Assembly: GCA_030692905.1 (NCBI GenBank)
Contig: JAUYBT010000144.1
Coordinates: 1-58,943 of the forward strand
Reading direction: 5' to 3'
From: Bacteroidales bacterium
Lineage (GTDB): Bacteria; Bacteroidota; Bacteroidia; Bacteroidales; VadinHA17
Length of the DNA: 58,943 nt
The first letter of the stretch is position 1; the number at the start of each line of letters is the position of its first letter. A model generated the notes under the pieces. The model ran no database searches, was not told where the DNA came from, and saw only the letters and a list, made by a program, of their open reading frames with translations. Below are positions 18,744 through 27,128 of this stretch, one piece after another. The translations under genes and the position numbers were made by a program.

Positions 18744-19061
18744 TCAAGCCACATTGATTTTTATTTCCTGTCCGTATTTAATAATCTCATTTACAATTGG
18801 ATTAGAAAGATCAAACTCATGTTCTCTGAACGGATGCGGTTCTATCCTGCTGTCAATTTTCCTTCTTAACCTCATTAGTTCCAATTGCATGTCCATCAAA
18901 TTGCTATAATCCTTGAATACTACTGCAATATCAATATCACTATCATCGGTGTAATTCCCTTTTGCATAAGAGCCAAAAAGAATAATGCGGATATAATTAT
19001 AGTTTGCTTTTACAGCACTTGCATATCTTTGAGCGATAATTAAAGCATCTTTTTTATCCAC
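18744..19061 (-). CDS. minimal nucleotidyltransferase (MNT/KNTase-like, antitoxin-type) without adjacent HEPN partner
   Basis: GTG start. LFGSYAKGNYTDDSDIDIAVVF is the G-S...D.D polymerase-beta NTase signature. 105 aa. Confidence 0.8.
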   Translation of the reverse strand: MDKKDALIIAQRYASAVKANYNYIRIILFGSYAKGNYTDDSDIDIAVVFKDYSNLMDMQLELMRLRRKIDSRIEPHPFREHEFDLSNPIVNEIIKYGQEIKINVA

Positions 19062-19475
19062 GATCTGATCTTATTAATTTTTTCAATCCAATCTTTTGTG
19101 AAATCAACGGTACAAATGTTTGATAACTTTATCTACTTCAATATGAATGTTTTCGTCATTCATTGTCATTAATTTAGCCAAATATACAAATTTTAAAGTA
19201 TTTTCAGCTGTAACTGATCAGCAAGCTGTAATTAAGTTTTGAAAACTGCATACACAAGAATGTATCGAAATACTTTCAATGTTTCAGGGCATAATTAATC
19301 GTTACAAAACCACTGGCAGCTTATCAAAATGACAAGCAGTTCTAATGTTACGAACAGTTAAGAATGACACAGGATGGCAACTTTCATTTTTAAAAGCAGT
19401 TTAAAAACAATAAATCCGGTTACAAATAAATATAATCTGGGATTTTTAGTATCTTAGTATAATAAAATTAAATCT

Positions 19476-19715
19476 ATGTCAGCAAATCAAAAAAATCAAC
19501 TCTACTTCGGTGATAACCTTCAAAAAATGAAAAATAAAACCTTAATAATTCTATTATCATTTTTAGCAGTTTCAATATGCTTAATAATGATAGTGTTGCT
19601 CTTTTACTCAGTTGCACCCAGATTCTTGATAATATTATCATTTACGATTGGTACCATAACTGGAGTTTGTATAGCCACATTAATCTATAATCTTGTAAAA
19701 AAGATTAAAAATTAG
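19476..19715 (+). CDS. small membrane protein, two predicted TM segments (hypothetical)
   Basis: LIILLSFLAVSICLIMIVLLFY and FLIILSFTIGTITGVCIATLIY. AT-rich codon usage. 4 nt upstream of the next ORF. Confidence 0.4.
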   Translation: MSANQKNQLYFGDNLQKMKNKTLIILLSFLAVSICLIMIVLLFYSVAPRFLIILSFTIGTITGVCIATLIYNLVKKIKN

Positions 19716-19719
19716 AAAA

Positions 19720-20277
19720 ATGAAAAAACTATTATTCTTAATTATTATCGTGTTCCTTTTTTCTTGTGGACAAACATTTTCCTTTTTAATAAAAAAACAT
19801 TTGAATTCTCGCTTTACAAATATTGAAATCGTGAGTATAGAAAAAGACTCTGCAAATTTAAATGATTTATTTAACCGGAGTCTTGAAATGAGAATTTTGA
19901 CTTCAACTACAGGTCGCGATGTTGCTCAGAGCGGACTTGAATGGGTACAAGGTAAAAAAAACAAAGCGGAACACCTTTCATATTGTGAGGAAATTTTAAA
20001 AAATACTTCGGATAGATTAGCAGGTTTTGAGGAAGCAGTTGACTCCAAAACAGAATCTTGTTTTCTCGTCACATATAGGTACGCAACAGGAGATGGTAAG
20101 AAAATTGAAAAGCAAGAGTATTTTAGTGTAGATAAAAAAAAATACATACAAGGTAATTATGCTTCTCGACCTGTTAATAAACAAGAATATCTCAGGTCAA
20201 TTGACTATGATAAAATATTGGATTCATATTTAACCGCATATAAGAGTTTTTTTGAGGATAAGTCTTTTGAAATGTAA
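19720..20277 (+). CDS. putative lipoprotein (hypothetical)
   Basis: MKKLLFLIIIVFLFSCGQ carries a lipobox-like LFSC with Cys16. No recognisable domain. Confidence 0.5.
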   Translation: MKKLLFLIIIVFLFSCGQTFSFLIKKHLNSRFTNIEIVSIEKDSANLNDLFNRSLEMRILTSTTGRDVAQSGLEWVQGKKNKAEHLSYCEEILKNTSDRLAGFEEAVDSKTESCFLVTYRYATGDGKKIEKQEYFSVDKKKYIQGNYASRPVNKQEYLRSIDYDKILDSYLTAYKSFFEDKSFEM

Positions 20278-20960
20278 TCCGGTTCATAATCAATTCCAAA
20301 ATTAGATGTAATAGATTTATTAGAACTAAATTCCTCACACATCTCATACTTTGCCAGTTCAGAGTTGAGGAAGTCAATAAAGAAGCGGCATCTCCATAAA
20401 TCAATTTTATACTAACAAATTACTCACATAATTTGTTAGAAACTATTCTATTTATAAATTCAATATCAGAATTATGTATTTCAATATCAATGAGTGATAT
20501 ATGAATAGATTTAATTAAAACTGATAATTAGAGATATGATTCAGATACCTTAAATTACTGAAATAAGGAATACCAGATATTAGATTTTGTCAATTTCAAT
20601 TCATTTCTAATAAAATCTTCAGATTATAATTATCTGCTATTAATTGATTAACAAAATTAATGTTAAAAGATTAGCACTAAAATCGTCTAAGCAGCTGAAT
20701 ATCAGACATCAACAAAATAGTTAATAACTATATTATCAAATGTTAATAAAGTTAAAAAGTAACTCTTGCAATGGGAATGGAGTGTGTTTAATTTTACAGA
20801 AGTTCATTGAAAAGAAAATGGGATGCTTGAACATCCCAAATTAAAAGGTTCATTTGAGTGAGGTTCTTTACCTTTTATCACAATTTCGGGGCTCCCTTCC
20901 AAAAGGAACCCGAGATCATCGGCGAGTAGCTGAACAGAGTCCAATTCTGTTTACCTTTAT

Positions 20961-20990
20961 GAGGGAGATAAACATCTCCCTCTTTTTTTT
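20961..20990 (+). terminator. orphan strong intrinsic terminator in a non-coding stretch
   Basis: GAGGGAGAT-AAAC-ATCTCCCTC (9-bp stem, 20961-20982) followed by T8 (20983-20990). The nearest upstream plus-strand gene ends at 20277. Confidence 0.6.
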
Positions 20991-21375
20991 CTTATATCAA
21001 AGATATCCCTTAGTCAAGAAGGACACAAGGACAAAATTTACTCAGTTATCAACATTTTTTGTGTTATTAACATACTACCAATTAATGTGATATTGGTTTT
21101 TATTAACACTTTTAGTACTTTTCAACTATTCCCTAAGATGTCATTTTTATTAGGATTACTCTTTCCTTTTCTTGAAAAAAAAAGTATAATCCGCACCATA
21201 TCTATTTTTTATTTGATCAACCATATCATAACCATATGCTGACATAAAGTTTAAAAATTCTGTTGACTCAGTAAACTTAATCTCGGTGCCAGAAATATTC
21301 TTATACTATGCAAGTAAAAAATCCGGACTTTTGATTAGGTTTTTGTTAACTTAGCAGTACTCAAATGTTTGAATT

Positions 21376-21831
21376 ATGGATGCTCTTAAAATTGCTGAAT
21401 TAAAGGATAGTATTTTATGCTATCTACTAGAACGTTACAATGAGAAGTTTTTATTGCAAAAAATATATCATGATCTTAATCCTGAAAGTGTACCGATAGA
21501 GGTTGTAAATGATTGCTTAGATGATTTGGTTCAAGATAATTTAGTAAGTTGCTTTGATATGACAGGAGGTAGAAATCTGTACAATACAAAAGAACAGGGT
21601 GAAAGAAGATTGCGAGAGGGGGGGTATAATAAACTTTTGGAAATAGAATTAGGAAAAGATGAACAGATTAAAGAAGATACTCAAAAATATAGAAATAAAA
21701 CTGATTTAGAAATTGCAAATTTAAAGGCTAGTTTAAAACATTATAAGTATACAAGACGTATATCAATTTGGGCAATTATAATAAGTGTTATATCTATTAT
21801 GGTTTCAATATTTTTAAAATATTATTCATAA
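21376..21831 (+). CDS. tail-anchored hypothetical protein
   Basis: 151 aa with a charged/coiled central region and a single C-terminal TM ([19 protein letters not shown]). The family was not recognised. Confidence 0.5.
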   Translation: MDALKIAELKDSILCYLLERYNEKFLLQKIYHDLNPESVPIEVVNDCLDDLVQDNLVSCFDMTGGRNLYNTKEQGERRLREGGYNKLLEIELGKDEQIKEDTQKYRNKTDLEIANLKASLKHYKYTRRISIWAIIISVISIMVSIFLKYYS

Positions 21832-21841
21832 CCTATTCAAT

Positions 21842-22258
21842 ATGAGATCCTATCGCAAAGAACTCTGGTTTGAAACATCAACCCGCAGGGCATTTCTTAA
21901 TATCACCGGACAAGTAGAAAAATGCCTTAATGAAAGTGGTATTCAGCAAGGTTTGATACTCATAAATGCAATGCACATAACTGCAAGTGTTTTTATTAAT
22001 GATGATGAATCGGGTTTGCATCATGATTTTGAAGTATGGCTGGAAAAACTTGCTCCCGAAAAACCTTATTCTCAATACAAACATAACGGATTTGAGGATA
22101 ACGCCGATGCTCATATCAAAAGAACAATAATGGGTAGGGAAGTAGTCGTTGCTGTCACCGGGGGAAAACTTGACTTTGGCCCATGGGAACAGATATTTTA
22201 TGGGGAGTTTGACGGTAAAAGACGTAAAAGGGTGCTTGTTAAGATTATTGGAGAATAA
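21842..22258 (+). CDS. yjbQ: YjbQ/UPF0047-family protein (secondary thiamine-phosphate synthase-like)
   Basis: 138 aa with ...[40 protein letters not shown]...[13 protein letters not shown]...[18 protein letters not shown]. Confidence 0.85.
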   Translation: MRSYRKELWFETSTRRAFLNITGQVEKCLNESGIQQGLILINAMHITASVFINDDESGLHHDFEVWLEKLAPEKPYSQYKHNGFEDNADAHIKRTIMGREVVVAVTGGKLDFGPWEQIFYGEFDGKRRKRVLVKIIGE

Positions 22259-22342
22259 ACTCCCGGGATTTATGCCGGTTTTTCTTGCCTTTTCTGTAAG
22301 ATTTCATAATATGTCTAATTTTACGGATAAATGGTTCAGATG

Positions 22343-22900
22343 ATGTCCAAATACCAAAATAAATATCGGAATGAATCTGCCAGATTACAGTCATGGGATT
22401 ATAGTGCTGATGCTGCTTATTTTATTACTATTTGCACTAATGGCAGAGAATATTATTTTGGCGAAATTCTGGAATCAAAGCAAATGAAATTGTCTGAAAT
22501 TGGCCAACATGTGCACAAATGCTGGTCAGACATTCCATCCCATTTCCCATTTGTAATATTGGACGCATTTATTGTGATGCCGGATCATATTCATGGAATT
22601 ATTATCATAAATAAACAAAATATTAATGGCGATATGGTAGGGACGCAAAATGTAGGGACGCAAAATGTTGCGTCCCTACTACCGGTACAAATCAAAAATA
22701 AATTTGGACCGCAATCGCAAAATCTGGCATCAATAATCCGTGGATTTAAAATTGGAATAACCAAATATGCCAGAATGAACAAAATTGATTTTTGTTGGCA
22801 ATCCCGTTATCATGATCATATTATCAGAAATGAAATAGAATTAGAACGGATTAGAAAATATATCACTACAAATGCTATGAATTGGGGAAATGATGGTTGA
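22343..22900 (+). CDS. rayT: REP-associated tyrosine transposase (RAYT; IS200-like Y1 HUH transposase)
   Basis: MSKYQNKYRNESARLQSWDY start, HUH motif VMPDHIHGIII, and a catalytic Tyr region WQSRYHDHIIRNE. The track ORF begins at 22331; the Met at 22343 is the likelier start. Confidence 0.85.
   Translation: MSKYQNKYRNESARLQSWDYSADAAYFITICTNGREYYFGEILESKQMKLSEIGQHVHKCWSDIPSHFPFVILDAFIVMPDHIHGIIIINKQNINGDMVGTQNVGTQNVASLLPVQIKNKFGPQSQNLASIIRGFKIGITKYARMNKIDFCWQSRYHDHIIRNEIELERIRKYITTNAMNWGNDG
22637..22679. repeat. REP hairpin (plus 15-nt half-unit duplication) inside the RAYT coding sequence
   Basis: 22652-22679 is GTAGGGACGCAA-AATG-TTGCGTCCCTAC, with perfect 12-bp arms. 22637-22651 repeats GTAGGGACGCAAAAT. 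The region reads in frame as VGTQN VGTQN VASLL. Confidence 0.8.
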
Positions 22901-22906
22901 ATCCAA

Positions 22907-22934
22907 GTAGGGACGCAAAATATTTCGTCTCTAC
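22907..22934. repeat. REP hairpin 7 nt downstream of the RAYT stop
   Basis: GTAGGGACGCAAAATATTTCGTCTCTAC is an imperfect 28-nt palindrome with GTAG head and CTAC tail, lying between the convergent RAYT and pgm genes. Confidence 0.75.
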
Positions 22935-22955
22935 TCTACTCATACCGCATACCGT

Positions 22956-24695
22956 TTAAACCAGTCTCATATCCTTAATAATATCATTAATTCTATTATC
23001 AAGTACGATTTCTGTTTCCTCAAATTTGTCAACTGATTTAAGTGTAGAATTTACACTAAAATAAAATTTGATTTTAGGTTCGGTACCGGAAGGCCTTACT
23101 GAGATCTTTGATCCATCTTCGAGGAAGAACTGAAGGACATCAGATTTTGTCAGATCGATAATTGTTTTTGAACCCTTCAGAATATCATACGAAATTTGCT
23201 TTTCATAGTCGTTTATTTTTATTACTCTGCTGTTGTTGATCTTTTCCGGAGGATTGTTCCTGTAACCGGTCATCATCGCTTTGATCTCATCAGCACCCTC
23301 TTTCCCTTTCCTGACAATATTTATAAGTTTTTCCTTGTAAAAACCAAACTGTACATAGATATCGAGTAAAAGCTCAAAAAGAGACATCCCTTTGCTTTTT
23401 GACCATGCAGTAGCTTCAGCTACAAGTGCACATGAGGCAACGGCATCTTTATCCCTCACATAATCTCCGGGTAAAAAACCGTAACTCTCTTCTCCACCCC
23501 CGATGTATTTTTTGCTTCTTTCATTTTTTCTTATTAACTCAGCAAAAAATTTAAATCCTGTTAAAACATTGAAATACTCAACGTTGTAACCTTCAGCTAT
23601 CCTTTCGATAAGATCGGACGTAACTATAGTTTTAATAATATATTCGTTTCCCCTGTACTTTTTTCTCTCCTTAAATTGCGAGAGGATGTACCATACAAGT
23701 AAGACCCCGGTCTGATTTCCATTAAGAAGGATGAATTCATCTTTCCTGTCTTTAACTGCAATACCGAGTCTGTCTGCATCAGGATCAGTAGCCATTACCA
23801 GTTCGGCACCTGTTTCAACAGCTTTTTTAATAGCCATCTTAAGTGCATCAGGTTCTTCAGGATTTGGAGATTTAACTGTAGGAAAGTTGCCATCTATTTT
23901 ATCCTGTTCCGGTACACTGATAATGTTTTTAAATCCGTACATTTTCAAAGCCGGTGGAACCATTGTTATACCTGCCCCATGAATAGGAGTATAGACAATC
24001 CCGATATCACTGAACTTATCAATAATTTCCGGATTAAGGCTCATTTTATGGACCTCTTTAAGGAACAGGTCATCAGTCTCTTTGCCAAGGATTTTTATTT
24101 TTTCTTTTTTGCCATCAAACCGGATTTCATTAACTGATGAAATCTTTCGCACTTCGTTAATTATACCTTCATCATGAGGAGCTACCACCTGTCCTCCGTC
24201 GTTCCAGTAAGCTTTGTATCCGTTATATTCCGGTGGGTTATGCGAGGCGGTTATTACAACACCACTCTGGCATTTGTAGTAACGGATTGCAAAGGAGAGC
24301 TCCGGTGTAGGACGCAAAGATTCAAAGAGATAAACATAAAATCCGTTAGCAGAGAAGATATTTGCCGTTGTTTCGGCAAAGTAGCGGCTGTTGTTGCGGC
24401 AATCGTATGCTATGGCTACACTTATTCCGGAATTTTCACACTGTTTAACAATATAATTCGACAAACCCTGGGTTGCCATTCCCAGTGTGTAGATATTCAT
24501 CCTGTTTGTTCCGGAACCCATAATACCTCTTAAACCACCGGTGCCAAATTCAAGGTCCTGGTAAAATGCATCAATAAGTTTCTTTTCATCATTATCAAGC
24601 ATTTCACGAACCTCTTTGCGGGTTTCATCATTGAACTCTTCTCCTAACCAGCTTCCGGCCTTTATTCTGATCTGGTCAATAGATAACATATTCAT
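22956..24695 (-). CDS. pgm: phosphoglucomutase / phospho-sugar mutase (PgcA-like)
   Basis: 579 aa. Active-site loop VITASHNPPEYNGYK, metal loop ATDPDADR, and GGEESYG. Confidence 0.9.
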   Translation of the reverse strand: MNMLSIDQIRIKAGSWLGEEFNDETRKEVREMLDNDEKKLIDAFYQDLEFGTGGLRGIMGSGTNRMNIYTLGMATQGLSNYIVKQCENSGISVAIAYDCRNNSRYFAETTANIFSANGFYVYLFESLRPTPELSFAIRYYKCQSGVVITASHNPPEYNGYKAYWNDGGQVVAPHDEGIINEVRKISSVNEIRFDGKKEKIKILGKETDDLFLKEVHKMSLNPEIIDKFSDIGIVYTPIHGAGITMVPPALKMYGFKNIISVPEQDKIDGNFPTVKSPNPEEPDALKMAIKKAVETGAELVMATDPDADRLGIAVKDRKDEFILLNGNQTGVLLVWYILSQFKERKKYRGNEYIIKTIVTSDLIERIAEGYNVEYFNVLTGFKFFAELIRKNERSKKYIGGGEESYGFLPGDYVRDKDAVASCALVAEATAWSKSKGMSLFELLLDIYVQFGFYKEKLINIVRKGKEGADEIKAMMTGYRNNPPEKINNSRVIKINDYEKQISYDILKGSKTIIDLTKSDVLQFFLEDGSKISVRPSGTEPKIKFYFSVNSTLKSVDKFEETEIVLDNRINDIIKDMRLV

Positions 24696-24699
24696 CAGA

Positions 24700-25566
24700 T
24701 TAATTCAACAGTTTCATGCATCTTTTTAAGCCGGTCCTCCAATGAGGGATTGAAAGATTGTAATTATCTTTTATTTTGCTTTTATCCATTACTGAATAAG
24801 CGGGTCTTTCAGCGGCTAATTGATAATCCTTTGTAAGAACCGGATTTACCTGGCAGGTCAGACCGGCTTCCTGAATAATTTCCACAGCAAAATCATACCA
24901 TGTGCAAACACCTTCATTCGAATAATTATAAATACCGGCATTCATGGCAATCTGGTTTCGTATTACTCCGGATATAATGCTCATGATTGCTTCTGCGAGG
25001 TCAGCGGCATAAGTTGGTGTCCCAGTCTGATCATTCACGACTCTTAATGACTCCTTCTCCTTAGCATGTCTGATAATGGTTTTGACAAAATTATTTCCGA
25101 ATGATGAATATAGCCATGATGTCCTGATGATCATTGACCCCTGATGAAGCAGAGCATATTTTTCACCAGCCAGTTTTGATCTGCCATAAGCTGATAATGG
25201 ATTTGCAGGAGAATACTCATTATACGGGACATTTGATTTCCCATCATAAATATAGTCGGATGAGATATGAATAAACCTGCACTCGGATCCCCTGATAACC
25301 TCTGTTATATTTTTAACAGCTGTCCCGTTTATGAGCATAGCAATGTCGGGCTCACTTTCCGCTTTGTCTACTAGGTTATAAGCAGCACAGTTAATTATCC
25401 AGTCAGGTCTGGATTTTTTAATGAAATCTTCGGTTTGTTCCGGGTTGGTGATATCAAGCGTATCGATATCAGTAAAAATGAAATGGTACCCGTAAAAGTT
25501 CTTTGAAACAACTTTCAACTCGTTCCCAAGTTGCCCGTTAGCTCCGGTGATTAAGATTATTGCCAT
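24700..25566 (-). CDS. rfbD: dTDP-4-dehydrorhamnose reductase
   Basis: MAIILITGANGQLG Rossmann start, length 288 aa, RmlD-like YGRSKLAGE motif. Confidence 0.9.
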   Translation of the reverse strand: MAIILITGANGQLGNELKVVSKNFYGYHFIFTDIDTLDITNPEQTEDFIKKSRPDWIINCAAYNLVDKAESEPDIAMLINGTAVKNITEVIRGSECRFIHISSDYIYDGKSNVPYNEYSPANPLSAYGRSKLAGEKYALLHQGSMIIRTSWLYSSFGNNFVKTIIRHAKEKESLRVVNDQTGTPTYAADLAEAIMSIISGVIRNQIAMNAGIYNYSNEGVCTWYDFAVEIIQEAGLTCQVNPVLTKDYQLAAERPAYSVMDKSKIKDNYNLSIPHWRTGLKRCMKLLN

Positions 25567-25584
25567 AATTAATTTCTTTCGGTT

Positions 25585-26133
25585 TTAGAAGTTGTATTCT
25601 GCATCTTTCAGACAAGGATGTTTTAAATCTTTTTCACTGATTACCGGAACTGTAGAACCTGTTTTCCAGTTAATATCCAGGGCAGGATCATTTAAGAATA
25701 TTCCTCTTTCATACAGATGATTATAGACATTATCACACTTGTACTGAATGATGGCAATATCGCTGAGAACTGAAAATCCGTGAGCAAAGCCCCTGGGTAT
25801 TAAAACCTGATCTTTGGTTTCAAAATCAAGCTCAATACCAAACCATTTTCCAAAAGTCAGAGAGTCCTTCCGGATATCAAGAGCCACATCAAAAATCTTT
25901 CCTTCGATAACTCTTATAAGTTTTGCCTGATCGTAGGGACTCAACTGGTAATGCAGACCTCTTATTACACCTTTCGAGGATTTTGATTCATTATCCTGTG
26001 CAGGAGAAAATGAGATCCCGGCATTCTTAAAGGCAACCTGATTAAAGCTTTCGAAAAAGTAGCCCCGGCTATCCGAATGGATAGTGGGTTTAATTACCAT
26101 AAGTCCTTTAAATCCTGTTTCAATAATTTTCAT
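25585..26133 (-). CDS. rfbC: dTDP-4-dehydrorhamnose 3,5-epimerase
   Basis: 182 aa cupin with DSRGYFFESF, RGLHYQ and PRGFAHGF motifs. Confidence 0.93.
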   Translation of the reverse strand: MKIIETGFKGLMVIKPTIHSDSRGYFFESFNQVAFKNAGISFSPAQDNESKSSKGVIRGLHYQLSPYDQAKLIRVIEGKIFDVALDIRKDSLTFGKWFGIELDFETKDQVLIPRGFAHGFSVLSDIAIIQYKCDNVYNHLYERGIFLNDPALDINWKTGSTVPVISEKDLKHPCLKDAEYNF

Positions 26134-26146
26134 TTCTTACAAATAC

Positions 26147-27040
26147 TTATTTTAATCCTTCGAATACATTTATTTCATCTGAAGCAATACGCAAAAGGTA
26201 TTTACCGTACTGGCTATTCCTGATTGGCTCAGCTAATGCTAAAAGCTGACTTTTATTAATGAATCCCCTCTTAAAAGCAATCTCCTCAATACAGGAAGCT
26301 TTTAATCCCTGCCTCTGTTCAAGAGTGGCAATGAAATTAGCAGCCTGCAGCAAGCTATCATAAGTACCTGTATCGAGCCAGGCCATCCCTCTTCCCATAA
26401 GTTTTATATCAAGAGTGCCTTCTTCGAGGTAAACTCTGTTAAGGTCAGTTATTTCAAGCTCGCCACGGGGAGAGGGCTTAAGTGATTTTGCTTTTTTAAC
26501 AACGGAATTATCGTAAAAATAAAGTCCTGTGACAGCATAGTTTGATTTTGGGTTTGCAGGCTTCTCTTCGATACTTATTACCTTTTTATTATTGTCAAAC
26601 TCAACAACACCGTAACGCTCCGGATCGGTGACATAATACCCGAAAACACAGGCCCCTTTCTTCAGTTCTGCAGTTTTAAGAAGGGCATCTCCAAATCCGT
26701 GTCCATAAAAAATATTGTCTCCAAGGATCATGCATACCGGATCTTTACCGATGAAATCTTCCCCAAGGATGAATGCCTGGGCGAGACCATCAGGTGAGGG
26801 CTGCTCAATGTAGCTGAATTTCATACCAATGGATAATCCATCCCCGAGAAGATTTCTGAATCCCGGCAGATCGCGGGGGGTGGATATGATCAGTATTTCC
26901 CTGATCCCTGCCAGCATGAGAACCGATAACGGGTAGTAAATCATCGGCTTATCATATACCGGCAGCATCTGTTTTGATATTGCGCTCGTTATCGGATAAA
27001 GCCTTGTCCCTGAACCTCCGGCGAGAATTATTCCTTTCAT
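26147..27040 (-). CDS. rfbA: glucose-1-phosphate thymidylyltransferase
   Basis: [18 protein letters not shown] start, and LGDNIFYG. Confidence 0.95.
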   Translation of the reverse strand: MKGIILAGGSGTRLYPITSAISKQMLPVYDKPMIYYPLSVLMLAGIREILIISTPRDLPGFRNLLGDGLSIGMKFSYIEQPSPDGLAQAFILGEDFIGKDPVCMILGDNIFYGHGFGDALLKTAELKKGACVFGYYVTDPERYGVVEFDNNKKVISIEEKPANPKSNYAVTGLYFYDNSVVKKAKSLKPSPRGELEITDLNRVYLEEGTLDIKLMGRGMAWLDTGTYDSLLQAANFIATLEQRQGLKASCIEEIAFKRGFINKSQLLALAEPIRNSQYGKYLLRIASDEINVFEGLK

Positions 27041-27047
27041 ATTTTGT

Positions 27048-27125
27048 CGTTTAGCGTTTATGGTTCCGCGTTTATCGTTTATTATCTTTACTGTATCAGG
27101 TAATTTTCAAATTTTCAAATTTTCA
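27048..27125. repeat. heptamer tract (CGTTTAN) plus octamer tract (AATTTTCA)x3 between ugd and rfbA
   Basis: CGTTTAG CGTTTAT GGTTCCG CGTTTAT CGTTTAT at 27048-27082. AATTTTCA x3 at 27102-27125, abutting the ugd stop codon (27129-27131). Confidence 0.75.
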
Positions 27126-27128
27126 AAT

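Noticed and set aside
20854-21090. 78-aa TTG-start ORF in the AT-rich gap.
   Set aside because: It reads straight through a strong intrinsic terminator (20961-20990). It has no Met start and an implausible composition. The region is better explained as non-coding or an sRNA.
22591-22782. 63-aa minus-strand ORF inside the RAYT gene (…GSRDATFCVPTFCVPT…).
   Set aside because: It is antisense to the RAYT coding frame. Its repetitive core is the reverse reading of the REP hairpin and half-unit duplication.
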